NCBI RefSeq assembly: GCF_006345805.1
Contig: NC_043001.1
Span: 128,340,001 to 128,404,000 of the forward strand
Length of the DNA stretch: 64,000 nucleotides
Source: Octopus sinensis
Taxonomy: Eukaryota
Direction of reading: 5' to 3'
The notes below the pieces were generated by a model that was given only the letters and a program-made list of their open reading frames with translations, was not told where the DNA came from and made no database searches. Each line of letters begins with the position of its first letter. Position 1 is the stretch's first letter. Positions 25,352 through 38,160 of this stretch are shown here, one piece after another. The position numbers and the translations under genes are program-made.

Positions 25352-25897
25352 TTACTTGGAAAAGGATGCGTGGCGTTCGATCATATAATAATATAAATAA
25401 TTTTAATATATGCATATATATATATATACATATATGTACATAATTATATCTATATGTATATATACATGCATATATGGGTACAGAACATCAAAAAAACATT
25501 GTACACAATGAGAAATGAAAACATAAAAACAAAAACATGGAAACAAACTTTTTTTTCAAACAATGAAAGAACAGAGTACAAGACATACAACACAAGGAAT
25601 ATTCTCCTTCTTCAGTTGTCCCTGTTTCGTCTACTCTGCGTGTGTACCTTTGAAACGCGGAGTAGACAAAACAGGGACAACTGAAGAAGGGGAATATTCC
25701 TTGTGTTGTATGTCTTGTACTCTGTTTTTTCGTTGTTTGAAAAAAAAAGTTTGTTTCCATGTTTTTGTTTTTATGTTTTCATTTCTCATTGTGTTCAACG
25801 TTTTTTTGATGTCCTGTACCCATATATGCATGTATATATACATATAGATGTAATTATGTACATGCATATATGTATATGCATATATTTATATATTATT

Positions 25898-25905
<8 letters not shown>
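25352..25905. repeat. Fold-back palindrome of a Penelope-like terminal repeat (same family as 45522-45950)
   Basis: Arms ~25405-25640 and 25656-25905 are reverse complements around a 15-nt loop ending in GAAA|CGCG. The left side has a unique extension. Confidence 0.85.
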
Positions 25906-25938
<33 letters not shown>

Positions 25939-26617
25939 TATATATATACATATGTGTGTGTGTGTGGTGTGTTTTTGATATACATGCATACATCAATATA
26001 TATCTTTATATGCAACTTAACATGGATGAATTGTTAGAACAGCATAAATATTGGCAGTACACTGAAAGTATGTGATCTGGCAGTTCCAGTCCCCATACCA
26101 GATGATTCTCATCTGCTACAATATATGTTTGTGCTTTTAAGCTACATGCATCTATATGAGGGGATTTCTCAAGACACATACTGCTGTATTTGACATTCTA
26201 AGAATACATCCATGCTGGATATAAAGATTACCTTTTGGTACTAAAGATGCTTCCATGGCTAATATCATATTTTAATAAGCCTGCAGATTATTTGTGACAT
26301 CAGTACCTGAAAAATCACAGTTACTCTATGTATCATTGACATTGAGATTTGACAGGTATGTGGCAAATGGGCAACTGTCACTGAAGATGCACAGTACACA
26401 GAAATCATGTGATCTAGTAGTTTATGTGCCTATACCAGACATTTCTCAACTGCTACGATATATTTCTGTGCATTAATGCAACATGCATCTACATGAGAGA
26501 ATTTCTCAAGGTGAATACTGCAGTATTTGGTATTCTAACAATACATCAACATTAAGTTGGATATAAAGATTGCTTTTTGGTATTAATGCTGCTTCTGTTG
26601 CTAATATTATATATATA

Positions 26618-26658
<41 letters not shown>

Positions 26659-28112
26659 TAGATAGATAGATAGATAGATATAAGATAGATAGATATAGAT
26701 AGATGATAGATAGATAGATAGATAGATAGATATATGCATGCAAACTTTAGGTTAGTTAAAATATATTAGTGACATATTTCAACTTCTGATGACAAATTCA
26801 CTACATTTACCATGGAGAAAATATTCTGTGCTAGTATAGTCTTCCCCTGCCAACAGAGAAGACCATGGCAGAGGAGATAAAAGGGTAGAAATGTCTGAAC
26901 AAATGTACATTAATACCATAAACTTGTCTAATAAATCTGATTAAAAAACAGTGACTGAGTCAAAATCATTGAATTCATTGTTATTTGCAATCCTAGAAGA
27001 TATAATGTTAACTGTTTCTCTAAATTGCATTCAAAACATTGCTTCATTATTTCGGCCATAGGTAGAAAATGGTTGGGAATCACTGGGCTAAAGTATGATT
27101 GAGGGACAAGACAGTGTCTTGCTATTGAGCAGCATTTCTCAGCTGGGGTTCCTTGGAACCTTAGGGTTTCACAAAAGGTTCCTAGGGGTTGCACGAGAAA
27201 GCATGAGGAAAATAATGCTAATTTCATGATCGTAATATTACTATATATGCACAACATATTATTGGTTATTGTAATATTGTAATATAGATATCATCCTATT
27301 TAACTTATGTTCTCAAAAAATATAACAACCACTGAGGATATATTAGTGATGTCTGTAATTTATGGACGCCCTATATATGTGTGTGTGTGTATATATATAT
27401 TTTTTTAAATTTCATAATGAGATAAAAAGCCAAGGCTGTGTAGATTACCAAACCTGGAAATTAACTGCGGTCCATCTATAGCACTTATTCAGCATTACCT
27501 GACAACTTTGGGTCTCAATGATACCATTACCTCCCATAAACTATATATATATATATATATAATATATATATTATATATATATATTATAATTATATATATA
27601 TCATCATCATCATTTAATGTCTGTTTTCCATGTGAAGTTTGATGTAGAAAGCTAATACTTCAGAGCGTATGCTATATGTGCTGCTTTTGCTCCAAACCTA
27701 GACAAACATTCTTTGTTTGCCTGGACTCAATGACAGTGTTCATTTATCTGAGTAACTCTTACACTAGGCAAGCAACTAAAGCACACACAATAGCATTTTG
27801 GTGACTCAATGCTGCTGCACTTCAAAACAATATACTAAATGCTCTCCACAAATAAATGATTTAGTGAAACAACAACTGTTATATGATGAAGTCCTTCTTG
27901 CATAACCCATATGTAGTTACAGGAGGGGAAGTCTCACAAACCAACAAGGGGAGCAACTACAGGGTAGCTGACCTGTTAGAAGCTGTAGTCAAATCTCAAA
28001 GAATGTATGGCCACAGCTAGAGTACAGTATGCATTTGATGAATCAAAACTAATCTGGGGCAAGCAATAACTACTGATATAAGAAAAGTGAGAGAACACTG
28101 GTGAATAAGAAA

Positions 28113-28552
28113 TCATCATCATCGTTTAACGTCCGTTCTCCATGCTAGCATGGGTTGGACGGTTCAACCGGGGATCTGGGAAGCCAGAAGGCTGCACCAG
28201 GCTCCAGTCTTATCTGGCAATGTTTCTACAGCTGGATGCCCTTCCTAACGCCAACCACTCCGTGAGTGTAGTGGGTGCTTTTTAAGTGCCACCCGCACAG
28301 GTGCCAGGCAAGGCTGGCAACGGCCACAGTCGGATTGGTGCATTTTACATCCCACCGGCACGGAGAAGCCAGTCGAGGCAGCGCTAGCATTGGCCATGAT
28401 TCGGATAGTGCTTTTTACGTACCACCAGTCCAGGGGTCCTGGCATCTGCCGGGTGCCAGTCATAGGATTGGTTCAATTTCGATTCCGATTTCGATTTCGA
28501 TTTCACTTGCCCCAACATGTCTTCGCAAGCAAAGGGGGTTGGCATGGGTGAA
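28113..28552 (-). mobile_element. RTE-type 3' UTR element (family B), long copy
   Basis: (cat)n-cgtttaacgtccgttctccatgctagcatggg..ggatgcccttcctaacgccaacc. Confidence 0.85.
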
Positions 28553-28883
28553 ATGATATGCCCAAATTGCTATAGTGTATTCCATTGCTTGGTTGAGTTA
28601 CAGTAAATTTTTATTGGAGCTATGAATTTGTGGTTAACACTTAGTGATTTGACAAACATGCTTAACCTATATGCCATAGCTTAACAAGAGAACTAAACAA
28701 CATCAGCAACATATTATTCAGCCAATCAGAGAGAATTTATGCAGTTGCTCAACCTGTAGGAAATAGCAGTTAGATCTCTCCTTTAAAAAGGAATGATACA
28801 TAGTGTTGTTGTCCTGGATACACTGTCTGCAAAAAAATAAAAAATAAAAATAAAAAATGATAATGATAATAATAATAACAGTA

Positions 28884-28919
<36 letters not shown>

Positions 28920-31002
28920 GTAAAGATCAGCTACTCATCAATAATATGATCTTGGAAGATTGTCACAAACAACACAAAAACTTGTCAATAGCCTGGGTAG
29001 ACTATAGAAAAGTTTTTGATAGTCTACCATACAGCTGGATTAAGAAATGTCTGGAAATGTATAAAATAGCACCTACTCTGTGAAACGTCTTGTCTGTAAG
29101 TATGAGATCATGAAGAACCACACTGACTTTGAACAGTGACAATGAATCTCTTAATGCTGGAGATGTAAGAATTTCATGTGGCATTTTCTAGGGTGACTCT
29201 CTATCACCACTCCTCTTTTGTCTAGCCTTAATACCTCTCTCGAAATTGCTCGATGATGTACAATACGGCTATAAAATGTTTGACAAAAATATAAATCATC
29301 TCATTTACATGGATGATTTAAAGCTCTTTGCAAAAAATGACCAACAACTACAGGGCTTACTAGCGATTATTAAACAATTCAGTGATGGCATTAGGATGCA
29401 ATTTGGCCATTTTTAAATGTGCAAAAGCTATCTTTATCAAAAGGAAAAATGACAGAAACATCCAATGTTAATCTTGACCAGCAGAATGTCATAAAGGAAT
29501 TAGAACCAGTGGAGAGTTACAAATACCAAGGGATATTTGAAGGGGACGGAATCAAACATTCAGTGATAAGGGAAAGGATCAGAAGAGAAAGTTATCGCAG
29601 AGTAAGAGCAATACTCAAGACAGAGCTGAATGCAAGAAACAGGATTGAAGCGACCAATACTTACGTCCCATCTTACAGTTTCAATATCATTAACTGGTCA
29701 ATTACTGAAATATGTAATCTTGACAGAAAAATATGAAAATTGTTGGCAATGCACAGAATGCACCACCCTGAGGCAGCTATAGAACAACTTTATCTGCCAA
29801 GAAAAGAGGGAGGCTGTGGACTTTTACTGCTGGATTTAACAATGAAGATTTCAACAATTGGCCTAGACACCTACCTCAAAAACTCTGATGACTGGATGTT
29901 AAAACTTGTCTTAAAGCATGAAAACAAGAAAGCAGCATACTCAGTAACAAAACAGGCAAAGGAATATCTAAGTGGATTCCAAATACAACAAATTCCAGAA
30001 TCAGACATACTAGAAACAAGCACAGAAAAACTAAGCATATGAAAACCTGTGATAAAACTGCTGCCTTAGATATTCTGACTGATAAATGGAAAGAAGAACC
30101 TCTCAATGGCAAATGCCCAATGAGTGCTAATAGTGCCAATGTTGACAAAGAACTTACCTATCAATGGTTAGTGGTTTCTGGCTTAAAATCAGAAACAGAA
30201 AGGCTTATCATAGCAGCCCAAGATCAATGCCTACCTACAAGAAACTACCAGGCCAACATATTAAAGAACAGCAGCTGCCCAACATGTCATGTATGTCAAC
30301 AACAAAATGAAACCATTAATCATGTTGTCTCCATGTGCAGTCTTCTTGCACCTACAGAGTATCTTAACAGGCATGATAGAGCAGCACAATATATTCACTG
30401 GGTAATTTGCAAAACCTAGAACTGCCCCATGATAATAACTGGTGGGAACACAAACCACCTCTGGAACTTCACCATTCAAACTGACAGAAAGATAGATGCG
30501 AATAGGTCAGACATTATATTGAAAGACTTCAGACAAGAATCATGCCTCCTCATTTATATATGACTGTCCCAATCGATATAAATGTATCTGTCAAGACCTA
30601 CCAAAAACTGAACATGTATAAAGATCTTGAAATTGAAACTGGTAAAATGTGGAACCTTAAGACTCAAACAATACCTGTTGTTACAGGGATGATAGCAAAA
30701 GAAGCTGATTGCTACCTATCTCAGATACCAGGAAACCCCAAAATGACAGAAATTCAAAAGGTTGTGCTCATGGGAACTGCCCATATCCTACGTAAAATAC
30801 TGTCTATGTAATCCCAAATTTTAAAACAAACTCATAACTTTCTTATGTTTTCTTAAACATTCTCTAGAACAATACTATGTACAAAACCAAATATATGACA
30901 CCCTAGGCATAACACCAACATGAACTTCTAACTTGTCTCTTGAGGTCTCTGGGTGAGACTTGGAGCCAACTTGTACAAATACAAAGCAAAAGTCAAACAT
31001 AT
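28920..31002 (+). mobile_element. R4/Dong-clade LINE, family 2; 5'-truncated within RT, decayed
   Basis: Colinear with 3594-5750 in reverse. KDQLLINNMILEDC.., YMDDLKL, CHVC..HVVSMC, ..LRKILSM*; in-frame stops present. (TAA)n on both flanks (28860-28919, 31003-31052). Confidence 0.9.
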
Positions 31003-31015
31003 GATAATAATAATC

Positions 31016-31052
<37 letters not shown>

Positions 31053-31053
<1 letters not shown>

Positions 31054-31262
31054 CCTTTCTACTATAGGCTCAAATCCTGAAATTTGTGGAAGGGGATAAA
31101 TCAATTACATCGACCCCAGTGTTCAACTGGTACTTATTTCATCAACTCCAAAAGGATGAAAGGCAAAGTCGACCTCAGTGGAATTTGAACTCAGAATGTG
31201 AAGATGAGTGAAATACTGCTAAGCATTACACCCAACATGCTAATGATCCTGCCAGCTTACCA
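31053..31262 (-). mobile_element. tRNA-derived SINE with Deu/Nin-like central domain (family D)
   Basis: Reverse of ggtaagctggcag..ctgagttcaaattcc..gactttgcctttcatcc..gtaccagt..ggggtcgat. A second partial copy lies at 31275-31420. The domain assignment is from recalled DeuSINE consensus. Confidence 0.7.
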
Positions 31263-31502
31263 ATAATAATAAGAATGGTTTCAAATTTTGATACAAGGCC
31301 AGCAATTTTGGGGGCGAGAGTTAGTCAATTACATTAACCCCAGTTACCAACTGGTACATATTTTATCGACCCCAAAAGGATGAAAAGCAAAGTTGACTTC
31401 AGCATTTGAACTCAGAACATAAAGACTAATAGGTCATACCTGGAGTACTTTCAATCATAAATCCACTCTTTTAGAAATAGCCTGTGAAGAACAAGAGGTA
31501 CA

Positions 31503-31995
31503 CTATCCTCCTCTTCTGCCTCCTCTTCCTCCTCTTCCTCCTCTTCCTCCTTTTCCTCCTCTTCCTTCTCTTCCTCCTGTTCCTCCTGTTCCTCCTGTTC
31601 CTCCTTTTCCTCCTTTTCCTCCTTTTCCTCCTCTTCCTCCTTTTCCTCCTCTTCCTCCTTTTCCTCCTCTTCCCCTTTCCTCCTTTTCCTCCTTTCCTCC
31701 TTTTCCTCCTCTTCCTCCTTTTCCTCCTTTTCCTCCTCTTCCTCCTTTTCCTCCTCTTCCTCCTTTTCCTCCTCTTCCTCCTCTTCCTCCTTTTCCTCCT
31801 CTTCCTCCTTTTCCTCCTCTTCCTCCTTTTCCTCCTTTTCCTCCTCTTCCTCCTTTTCCTCTTCTTCCTCCTCTTCCTCCTTTTCCTCCTCTTCCTCCTC
31901 TTCATCCTCCTCCTCCTCTTCCTCCTCTTCCTCCTCTTCCTCCTCTTCCTCTTCTCCCTCTTCTTCCCCCTCCCCTCCCTCCTCCTCCTCATCAT
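31503..31995. repeat. Polypyrimidine (CCT/CTT; 9-mer TTCCTCCTY) satellite
   Basis: Direct reading, about 490 bp. Confidence 0.95.
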
Positions 31996-32154
31996 CATCA
32001 TCTGTTTTTCCATGATGGTATGAGTATGACAGGTCTCTTTCAACTCAGTGTCACACCACATATTGCAGTATTTCTCAAATTAAACATCTTAAAATCATTT
32101 CACACCACTTCTGCAAATGTATATGTATATGTGTGTGAGTGTGTGTGTGTGTGT

Positions 32155-32189
<35 letters not shown>

Positions 32190-32416
32190 TATATTATCAT
32201 TAGCATCACTTAAGTGAAAGACAGTAACACTGTTTCCTTTTTTCCAGACGTGTGACAACCAGCAGAATGAAAAAAAAATTCATTACTTGGAAAACAAGTA
32301 ATTGTCGGTGACAGGAAGAGCGTCCTGCCTTAAAAAGTCTGTCTCAATAAACTTTCACCTAACCCACTCTGGTATGGATAAACAGATGTAGAAAAGTGTT
32401 GTTGATGGTGATAATA

Positions 32417-32633
32417 ATCGGCGAGCTGGCAGAAACGTTAGCGCGCCGGGCGAAATGCATAGCCGTACTTCGTCTGCCGCTACATTCTGAGTTCAAATTC
32501 CGCCGAGGTTGACTTTGCCTTTCATCCTTTCGGGGTCGATAAATTAAGTACCAGTTATGCACTGGGGTCGATGTAATCGACTTAATCCGTTTGTCTGTCC
32601 ATGTTTAGCCCCTTGTGGGTAGTAAAGAAATAG
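32417..32633 (+). mobile_element. Family D (Deu/Nin-like) SINE, well preserved
   Basis: ggcgagctggcagaaacg..gagttcaaattcc..gcctttcatcctttcggggtcgataaattaagtaccag. Confidence 0.75.
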
Positions 32634-32684
32634 ATAATAATCTGTCTCTCTTTCTCGCTCTCATTCTCTCACCCTCTCCCTATA

Positions 32685-33148
32685 TATAAGGGAGAGTCAA
32701 AAGCTATATGCACTCTTGTTTTTTCAATATATTTACACAAAAGCAGGGGATAAACAAATACGTCATTTTTCTATATAGTCTCCTTCATTTTCAATGCACT
32801 TAGTCCAGCAGTTCACAAGCTTGCATATTCCCACCAACATATTCAGCTGGTCGTGCAACCATCTGCTTCCTTCACACCTTTATCCATAGGAAATTGATGA
32901 CCTTGTAAACCATCTTTGAGCAGTTCAAAGATATGATAGTTGGCAGGGGTAAGATCTGGGCTGTAGGCAGGGTGTTCCAGCATCTCAAAACCCACGGGGG
33001 CCGTGTGTGTGGGCATACATTATCATGCAACAACAAAACTTTCTTCAACAATAGGCTTTGACATTTGGTCTGAATCACTGGCTTCAGTTTTTTGGCCAGC
33101 AAAACACTGTATCTTGCACTGTTGATCATACATCCTTTTTCCAGAGGA
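32685..33148 (-). mobile_element. Mariner transposase 3' half with terminal repeat
   Basis: INSARYS..VLLLHDNVCPH..LEHPAYSPDLTP..YHIF (D,D34D-type). TIR-like taagggagagtcaaaag near 32686. Confidence 0.75.
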
Positions 33149-33781
33149 ATCAGATAACTGCTCCTTGTAGGTTTTTACAATTCTGTAGGTTTTACTCTTT
33201 AAATGCTTTACAACATTTGTTTTTGAAAGTAGTAGTTTTCTGATTGCAGCCCTCCCATGAAACCTGGTTTTGTGCAGCTCCCAGCTAAAAGTTTTTGTGG
33301 AAACTGTTTCTCGGGGTGGCCATTAATCTCTGTAGTAATTTCAGGAGCTGTACTTTTGTCATCCTTTCTAACAATTCGCGTAAAAATCCAACGGTCCCTA
33401 TCTGAAAGTTTTGGTTTTCTTCCGGAGTTTTGTTTCGACAAGGAGGTCTTTCTCTCTTTCTCAAAGTCTGACATTACTTTCAAGACAGTACTTTTCGATA
33501 CACCAAACATTTCAGCTGTTTACATTATGCGAGTACCTGCTATACGAGCACCAACAATTTGACCTCTTTGAAAGTCCAATAGATCTGTCATTTTAATAAA
33601 TTTTAATTACCTTTTTCTGATTATATGTGAAAAGAAACAGCAATTTAAGTAAAACATATTAAACAACACTAATAATAAATCAAAAAACATAAAAATAAAC
33701 AAGCTTTTGACAGTTTTATAGATATTTCAAAATTATGATGCTATGATGCTACGTGTTTCCATTATTTTGTCCAACCTCTGT

Positions 33782-33783
<2 letters not shown>
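33149..33783 (-). mobile_element. Tc1-like transposon 5' half
   Basis: ORF 33208-33510 GVSKSTVLKVM..NSGRKPKLSDRDR..IVRKD..TAPEIT, then GFHGRAAIRK. TIR TA|CAGAGGTTGGACAAAATAATGGAAAC at 33757-33783. Confidence 0.8.
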
Positions 33784-33826
<43 letters not shown>

Positions 33827-33828
33827 TA

Positions 33829-33964
33829 TATCATCATCATCATCATCATCGTTTAACATCCGTTCTCCATGCTAGCATGGGTTGGACGGTTCAACCGGGG
33901 ATCTGGGAAGCCAGAAGGCTGCACCAGGCTCCGGTCTTATCTGGCAATGTTTCTACAGCTGGAT

Positions 33965-33968
<4 letters not shown>
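33829..33968 (-). mobile_element. RTE-type 3' end fragment (family B)
   Basis: Near-identical to 28113-28240. Confidence 0.85.
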
Positions 33969-33995
<27 letters not shown>

Positions 33996-34439
33996 TACAC
34001 ATATATATATATACATATAATACAGGCATACACATACACACACTCACACACACATACACATATATATAACTATGTTAAAACACACACATCTGTTATGTTT
34101 CCTGCTGAGACCATCTCTAGGTAAATTTAATCTACCATTAGAATGTAGATTTATCAAATTTTTCTTTCAATTTTTCTTCCTCATTGATGGATAACACGGT
34201 GGTTTCTAGGTTGCATTATTGTCTCAGCTACCAAGGTTGGGTTCAAACTCACTGCATTCTCTAAACAGTGTTCTTACTATCCGAGAATGAATTGGTTCAA
34301 GGGGGAGAAAGTGAGTGAAAGAATTTCCTTCTCTGGTTGTATCATTGAGCATTGTTCATTGTATTAAGTTAATAACTGATGTGTTAGATATGGTGAGAGG
34401 GACATTTGTGTGAGGGTGATGGCAGGGACAATGGTACAT

Positions 34440-34925
34440 GATAGTGGCGGCAACGGCAGTGGTGGTGGTGGCACCGGCAGCAGTGGTGACGTTGGCGGTG
34501 GCGGCAGTGGTGGTGGTGGTGGTGGTGGTGGTGGTGGTGGTGTTGCTGGTGGTGGTGGCGGTGGTGGTGGTGGTGGCGGCAGTGGTGGCGGCAGTGGTGG
34601 TGGTGATGGTGGTGGTGGTGGTGGTGGTGGTGGTGGTGGTGATGGTGGTGGTGGCGGTGGCGGCAGTGGTGGTGTTGGTGGTGGTGGTGGTGGCGGTGGT
34701 GGCAGTGGTGGTGTTGGTAGCGGTGGTGGCAGTGGTGGCAGTGGTGGTGGTGGTGGTGGTGGCGGTGGCGGCAGTGGTGGTGGAGGTGTTGGTGATGGTG
34801 GCGTTGGCGGTGGCGGCAGTGGTGGTGCTGATGTTGGTGATGGTGGTGATGGCGGTGGTGGCAGTGGTGGTGTTGGTGATGGTGGTGGTGGTGGTGGCGG
34901 TGGCGGTGGCGGTGGTGTGATGGTA
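34440..34925. repeat. (GGT/GGC)n trinucleotide satellite
   Basis: Direct reading. Confidence 0.9.
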
Positions 34926-35162
34926 GCTGTAGTAGCAGCGACAACAACAATAGTGTGAAAACTATTGGGATACAGTCTGGTGGTTGTGGTGGTGGTGGTT
35001 ACTGGAATGATGGTGTGGTGTTCATCCTGGTCGGAGGCTGTGATGAGGAATTAAGTTACCGTGGCCTTTGTTAAGTCCCACATCAACCTTGATCATGCAA
35101 ATCTATGATTAAAAAGGTTCCAACTATGATAACCCCAACTTCCTTTTTTTTTTAGTCATAAT

Positions 35163-35300
35163 ATAGGTGCAGGCATGATCAAGTGGTACAAAGCTTGCTT
35201 TTCAACCACATGGTTTTGGGTTCAGCCCAACTGCGCGACACCTTGAGCAAGTGTCTGCTAATATAGCCTCCGTGACCAAAACCAGAGCCTTGTGAGTCAG
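35163..35300 (+). mobile_element. Family A SINE 5' half
   Basis: ataggtgcaggcatg..gggttcagccc..ccttgagcaagtgtc..gccttgtgagt. Confidence 0.75.
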
Positions 35301-35304
35301 ACAT

Positions 35305-35490
35305 TTGCTATGATAGCTCGCTAGCCACTACACTTTCTTTATTTTCTCTCCTTGTTTCTTTCTGTGTTCCTTTCTGTGGAAGAGCAGAGGCTCGAAATGT
35401 TAAAGACTTTTTCACTTCTCAAGCATTATACTAATACATCTGTTTGTTGTCTACACTACCTGTTTTCGTCTTTTGTTTTTTTGTGAATTC
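35305..35490 (+). mobile_element. Penelope-like terminal repeat fragment with variant minimal hammerhead
   Basis: 35370-35405: CTTT-CTGTGGA-A-GAGC-AGAG-GCTC-GAAA-TG-TT-AAAG. Same family as 43200-43445. Confidence 0.6.
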
Positions 35491-35496
35491 TCTTTA

Positions 35497-35524
<28 letters not shown>

Positions 35525-35531
<7 letters not shown>

Positions 35532-35864
35532 AGGTTTGGAGATGATGTACAGGTATTATATATTGGAAGAAATGAGGTACTCAGAAGATCGGATGGTTTA
35601 TATTTACAGATATTTATTTGTATATTACATTTTATATATATATATCATATCACTTAGATCATTAGTGCTTTCTCCCATTCTAGTGGGGTTTTCATATCAA
35701 AGTTGATTTGAAAACCCCACTAGAATGGGAGAAAGCACTAATGATCTAAGTGATATGATATATATATATAAAATGTAATATACAAATAAATATCTGTAAA
35801 TATAAACCATCCGATCTTCTGAGTACCTCATTTCTTCTAATATATATAATACCTGTACATCATC
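35525..35864. repeat. Near-perfect 324-bp hairpin (fold-back repeat)
   Basis: 35541-35700 and 35703-35864 are reverse complements with a ~2-nt loop. Short unique extension on the left. Confidence 0.9.
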
Positions 35865-35887
35865 GTGTGTGTATATATATATATATA

Positions 35888-36283
35888 TCTTTACTCTTTA
35901 CTCTTTTACTTGTTTCAGTCATTTGACTGTGGGCATGCTGGAGCACTGCCTTTAGTTGAGCAAATTGACCCCAGAACTTATTCTTTGTAAGCCTAGTACT
36001 TATTCTATCAGTCTCTTTTGTCAAACTGCTAAGTTATGGCATCGGTTGTCAAGCGATGTTGGGGGACAAACACAGACATACAAACAAACACACACACACA
36101 CACACACACATATGCATATATACGATGGGCTTCTTTCAGTTTCCATCTACTAAATCCACTCACAAGGCTTTGGTTGGCCTGAGGCTATAGTAGAAGACAC
36201 TTGCCCAAGGTGCCACACAGTGGGACTGAACTCGGAACCATGTGGTTGGTAAGCAAGCTACTTACCACACAGCCACTCCTATG

Positions 36284-36287
<4 letters not shown>
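35888..36287 (-). mobile_element. Family A SINE, full length, in (TA)n
   Basis: Complete layout. Confidence 0.9.
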
Positions 36288-36332
<45 letters not shown>

Positions 36333-36351
36333 TCACCATATATATATATAT

Positions 36352-37262
36352 GGAACTCGACTTAGGAAAGAAAACTCCGAATGACCCGTCCTTGTTTTCT
36401 TTGTATCATCTGTCTGGATGTTTTGCGTTCTTGTCCCATTTTTGTATTTATTATATATAAAAATATAGCGGTGTATGTACACTTTGGTCTCTTATATGTA
36501 AGTATATATATATATCCAAATTTTGTATGACCCTATTATTCTTTCTATTCTTTCATTCTTTCTGTCTTTCTATCAGCCCTTTCACACTTACTTTGTTCAT
36601 TCTACTCTTTGTTCTTTAGTTCCCTTTCTCTCACATTTCCTGGCCTTCTCTTCATGCTCACTTTCCCTCCTCTTTCACTTCACTCTGTCCCTTTAATTTT
36701 TTTCTTCTCACCCCTTCCTTAATTCTTCTATCCCTCTGCCTCTAGCTCTCTCTCTCTCTTCTCTCCCCACATGACTGGTGTTCGGCCAAGCCTGACCTTT
36801 CTTTCTTGGTTCAACTACCATCCATGCAACATCTAGATTCTTCTCTGTGCCTGTCAAATCTTATGTCCCTGCTGTAAGGCTTTACTTCCACACATGCCAG
36901 CTTAATTTAATTTGTCCTTAGTTGAAAAACACCTGTTGTTATGTCCTGTTAATTACATTTGTATTTGTGTACCATTTCTCCAATTTTTTTTTCATCTTTG
37001 TTTGCATATACATTCACTGCTTTCTTCCAAGGAATCTAATGCTCTTAGCTTATTCTTTCCTTGGGGCTGGCCAGATTGGAGCAATCTCAAATATAACCAG
37101 CTGAAATTGCAAAGATAATTTGGAACTCAACTGAAGAAAGAAAACTCCAAATGATCCATCCTTGTTTTCTTTGTATCGTCTGTCTAGATGTTTTGTTGTC
37201 CCTTTTTTGTATCACCTAACTCTCTGGATGTTTTGCATTCTTCCCCATCTTTGTATTTTATA
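36352..37262 (+). mobile_element. Non-coding element bounded by ~110-bp direct repeats (pseudo-LTR-like)
   Basis: 36352-36460 and 37122-37262 are diverged direct repeats beginning GGAACTC and containing CT(G/T)A(A/G)GA-A-AGA-AAAC-TCC-(G/A)AAT. Confidence 0.55.
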
Positions 37263-37269
37263 TATATAT

Positions 37270-37273
37270 ATAT

Positions 37274-37314
<41 letters not shown>

Positions 37315-37520
37315 TTTTGTTTGTGTTTGCTCCCTGCACTCCGCCATTTAACAATTGGTGTTGGTGTGTTTATGTCCCCATAACTTAGTTGTTCAATACA
37401 ATAAGTTCCAGGTTTAAAAAGAAGTACTGGTGTCAGTTCATTCTACCAAATATTCTTCAAAGTGGTGCCCCAGCATGGGCACAGTCTAATGGCTAAAACA
37501 GGTAAAAGATAAAAGATAGA
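37270..37520 (+). mobile_element. Family A SINE 3' half (older variant)
   Basis: ggtgtgtttatgtccccataacttag..ggtgccccagcatgg..ggtaaaagataaaagata. Confidence 0.7.
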
Positions 37521-37745
37521 TATAACTAGAATAACATTAACCAATGTTTTCTTTTCTTTTTTTATGACAATAGGATATAATTTGAGAGAGCTTTAACAGC
37601 TATTTCTAGCAGGTTGAGCAATGCTGTCATTGTAGAACAGCACAATTGCACCTGCAACCCCATATTATTGCACCCAGAGGCTGGTATACACATGTATATA
37701 AAATATAGTCAATTTTTCAATTATAATATTTATAATATATTCGTA

Positions 37746-38160
37746 TATAGCAGGAGTAGCTGTGTGGTAAGTAGCTTGTTTACCAACCACATGGTTCCGG
37801 GTTCAGCCCCACTGCGTGTCACCTTGGGCAAGTGTCTTCTACTACAGCCTCGGGCCGACCAAAGCCTTGTGAGTGGATTTAGTAGACGGAAACTGAAAGA
37901 AGCCCGTCGTATATATGTATATATATATGCATGTGTGTGTTTGTGTGTCTGTGTTTGTCCCTCTAGCATTGCTTGACAACCGATGCTGGTGTGTTTATGT
38001 CCCCGTCACTTAGCGGTTCGGCAAAAGAGACCAATAGAATAAGTACTGGGTTTACAAAGAATAAGTCCCAGGGTCAAGTTGCTCGATTAAAGGCAGTGCT
38101 CCAGCATGGCCGCAGTCAAAATGACTGAAACAAGTAAAAAGAGAGAGAAAAGAGAAAGAT
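37746..38160 (+). mobile_element. Family A SINE, full length
   Basis: gcaggagtagctgtgtggtaagtagc..gaaacaagtaaaaagag. Confidence 0.92.

Noticed and set aside
25681-25705. Complete hammerhead at CTGAAGAAGGGGAATATTCCTT (and 45726)
   Set aside because: A stem II-like hairpin is present but is not followed by GAAA, so no cis core can be drawn.
31471-32061. 196-aa RRK-rich protamine-like ORF
   Set aside because: It is a purine/pyrimidine satellite open in several frames, with no splice or codon evidence.
34384-34958. Gly-rich (or His-/Val-rich) ORFs resembling a structural protein
   Set aside because: A (GGT)n microsatellite open in three frames on two strands. A real Gly-rich exon is not strictly excluded but is unsupported.
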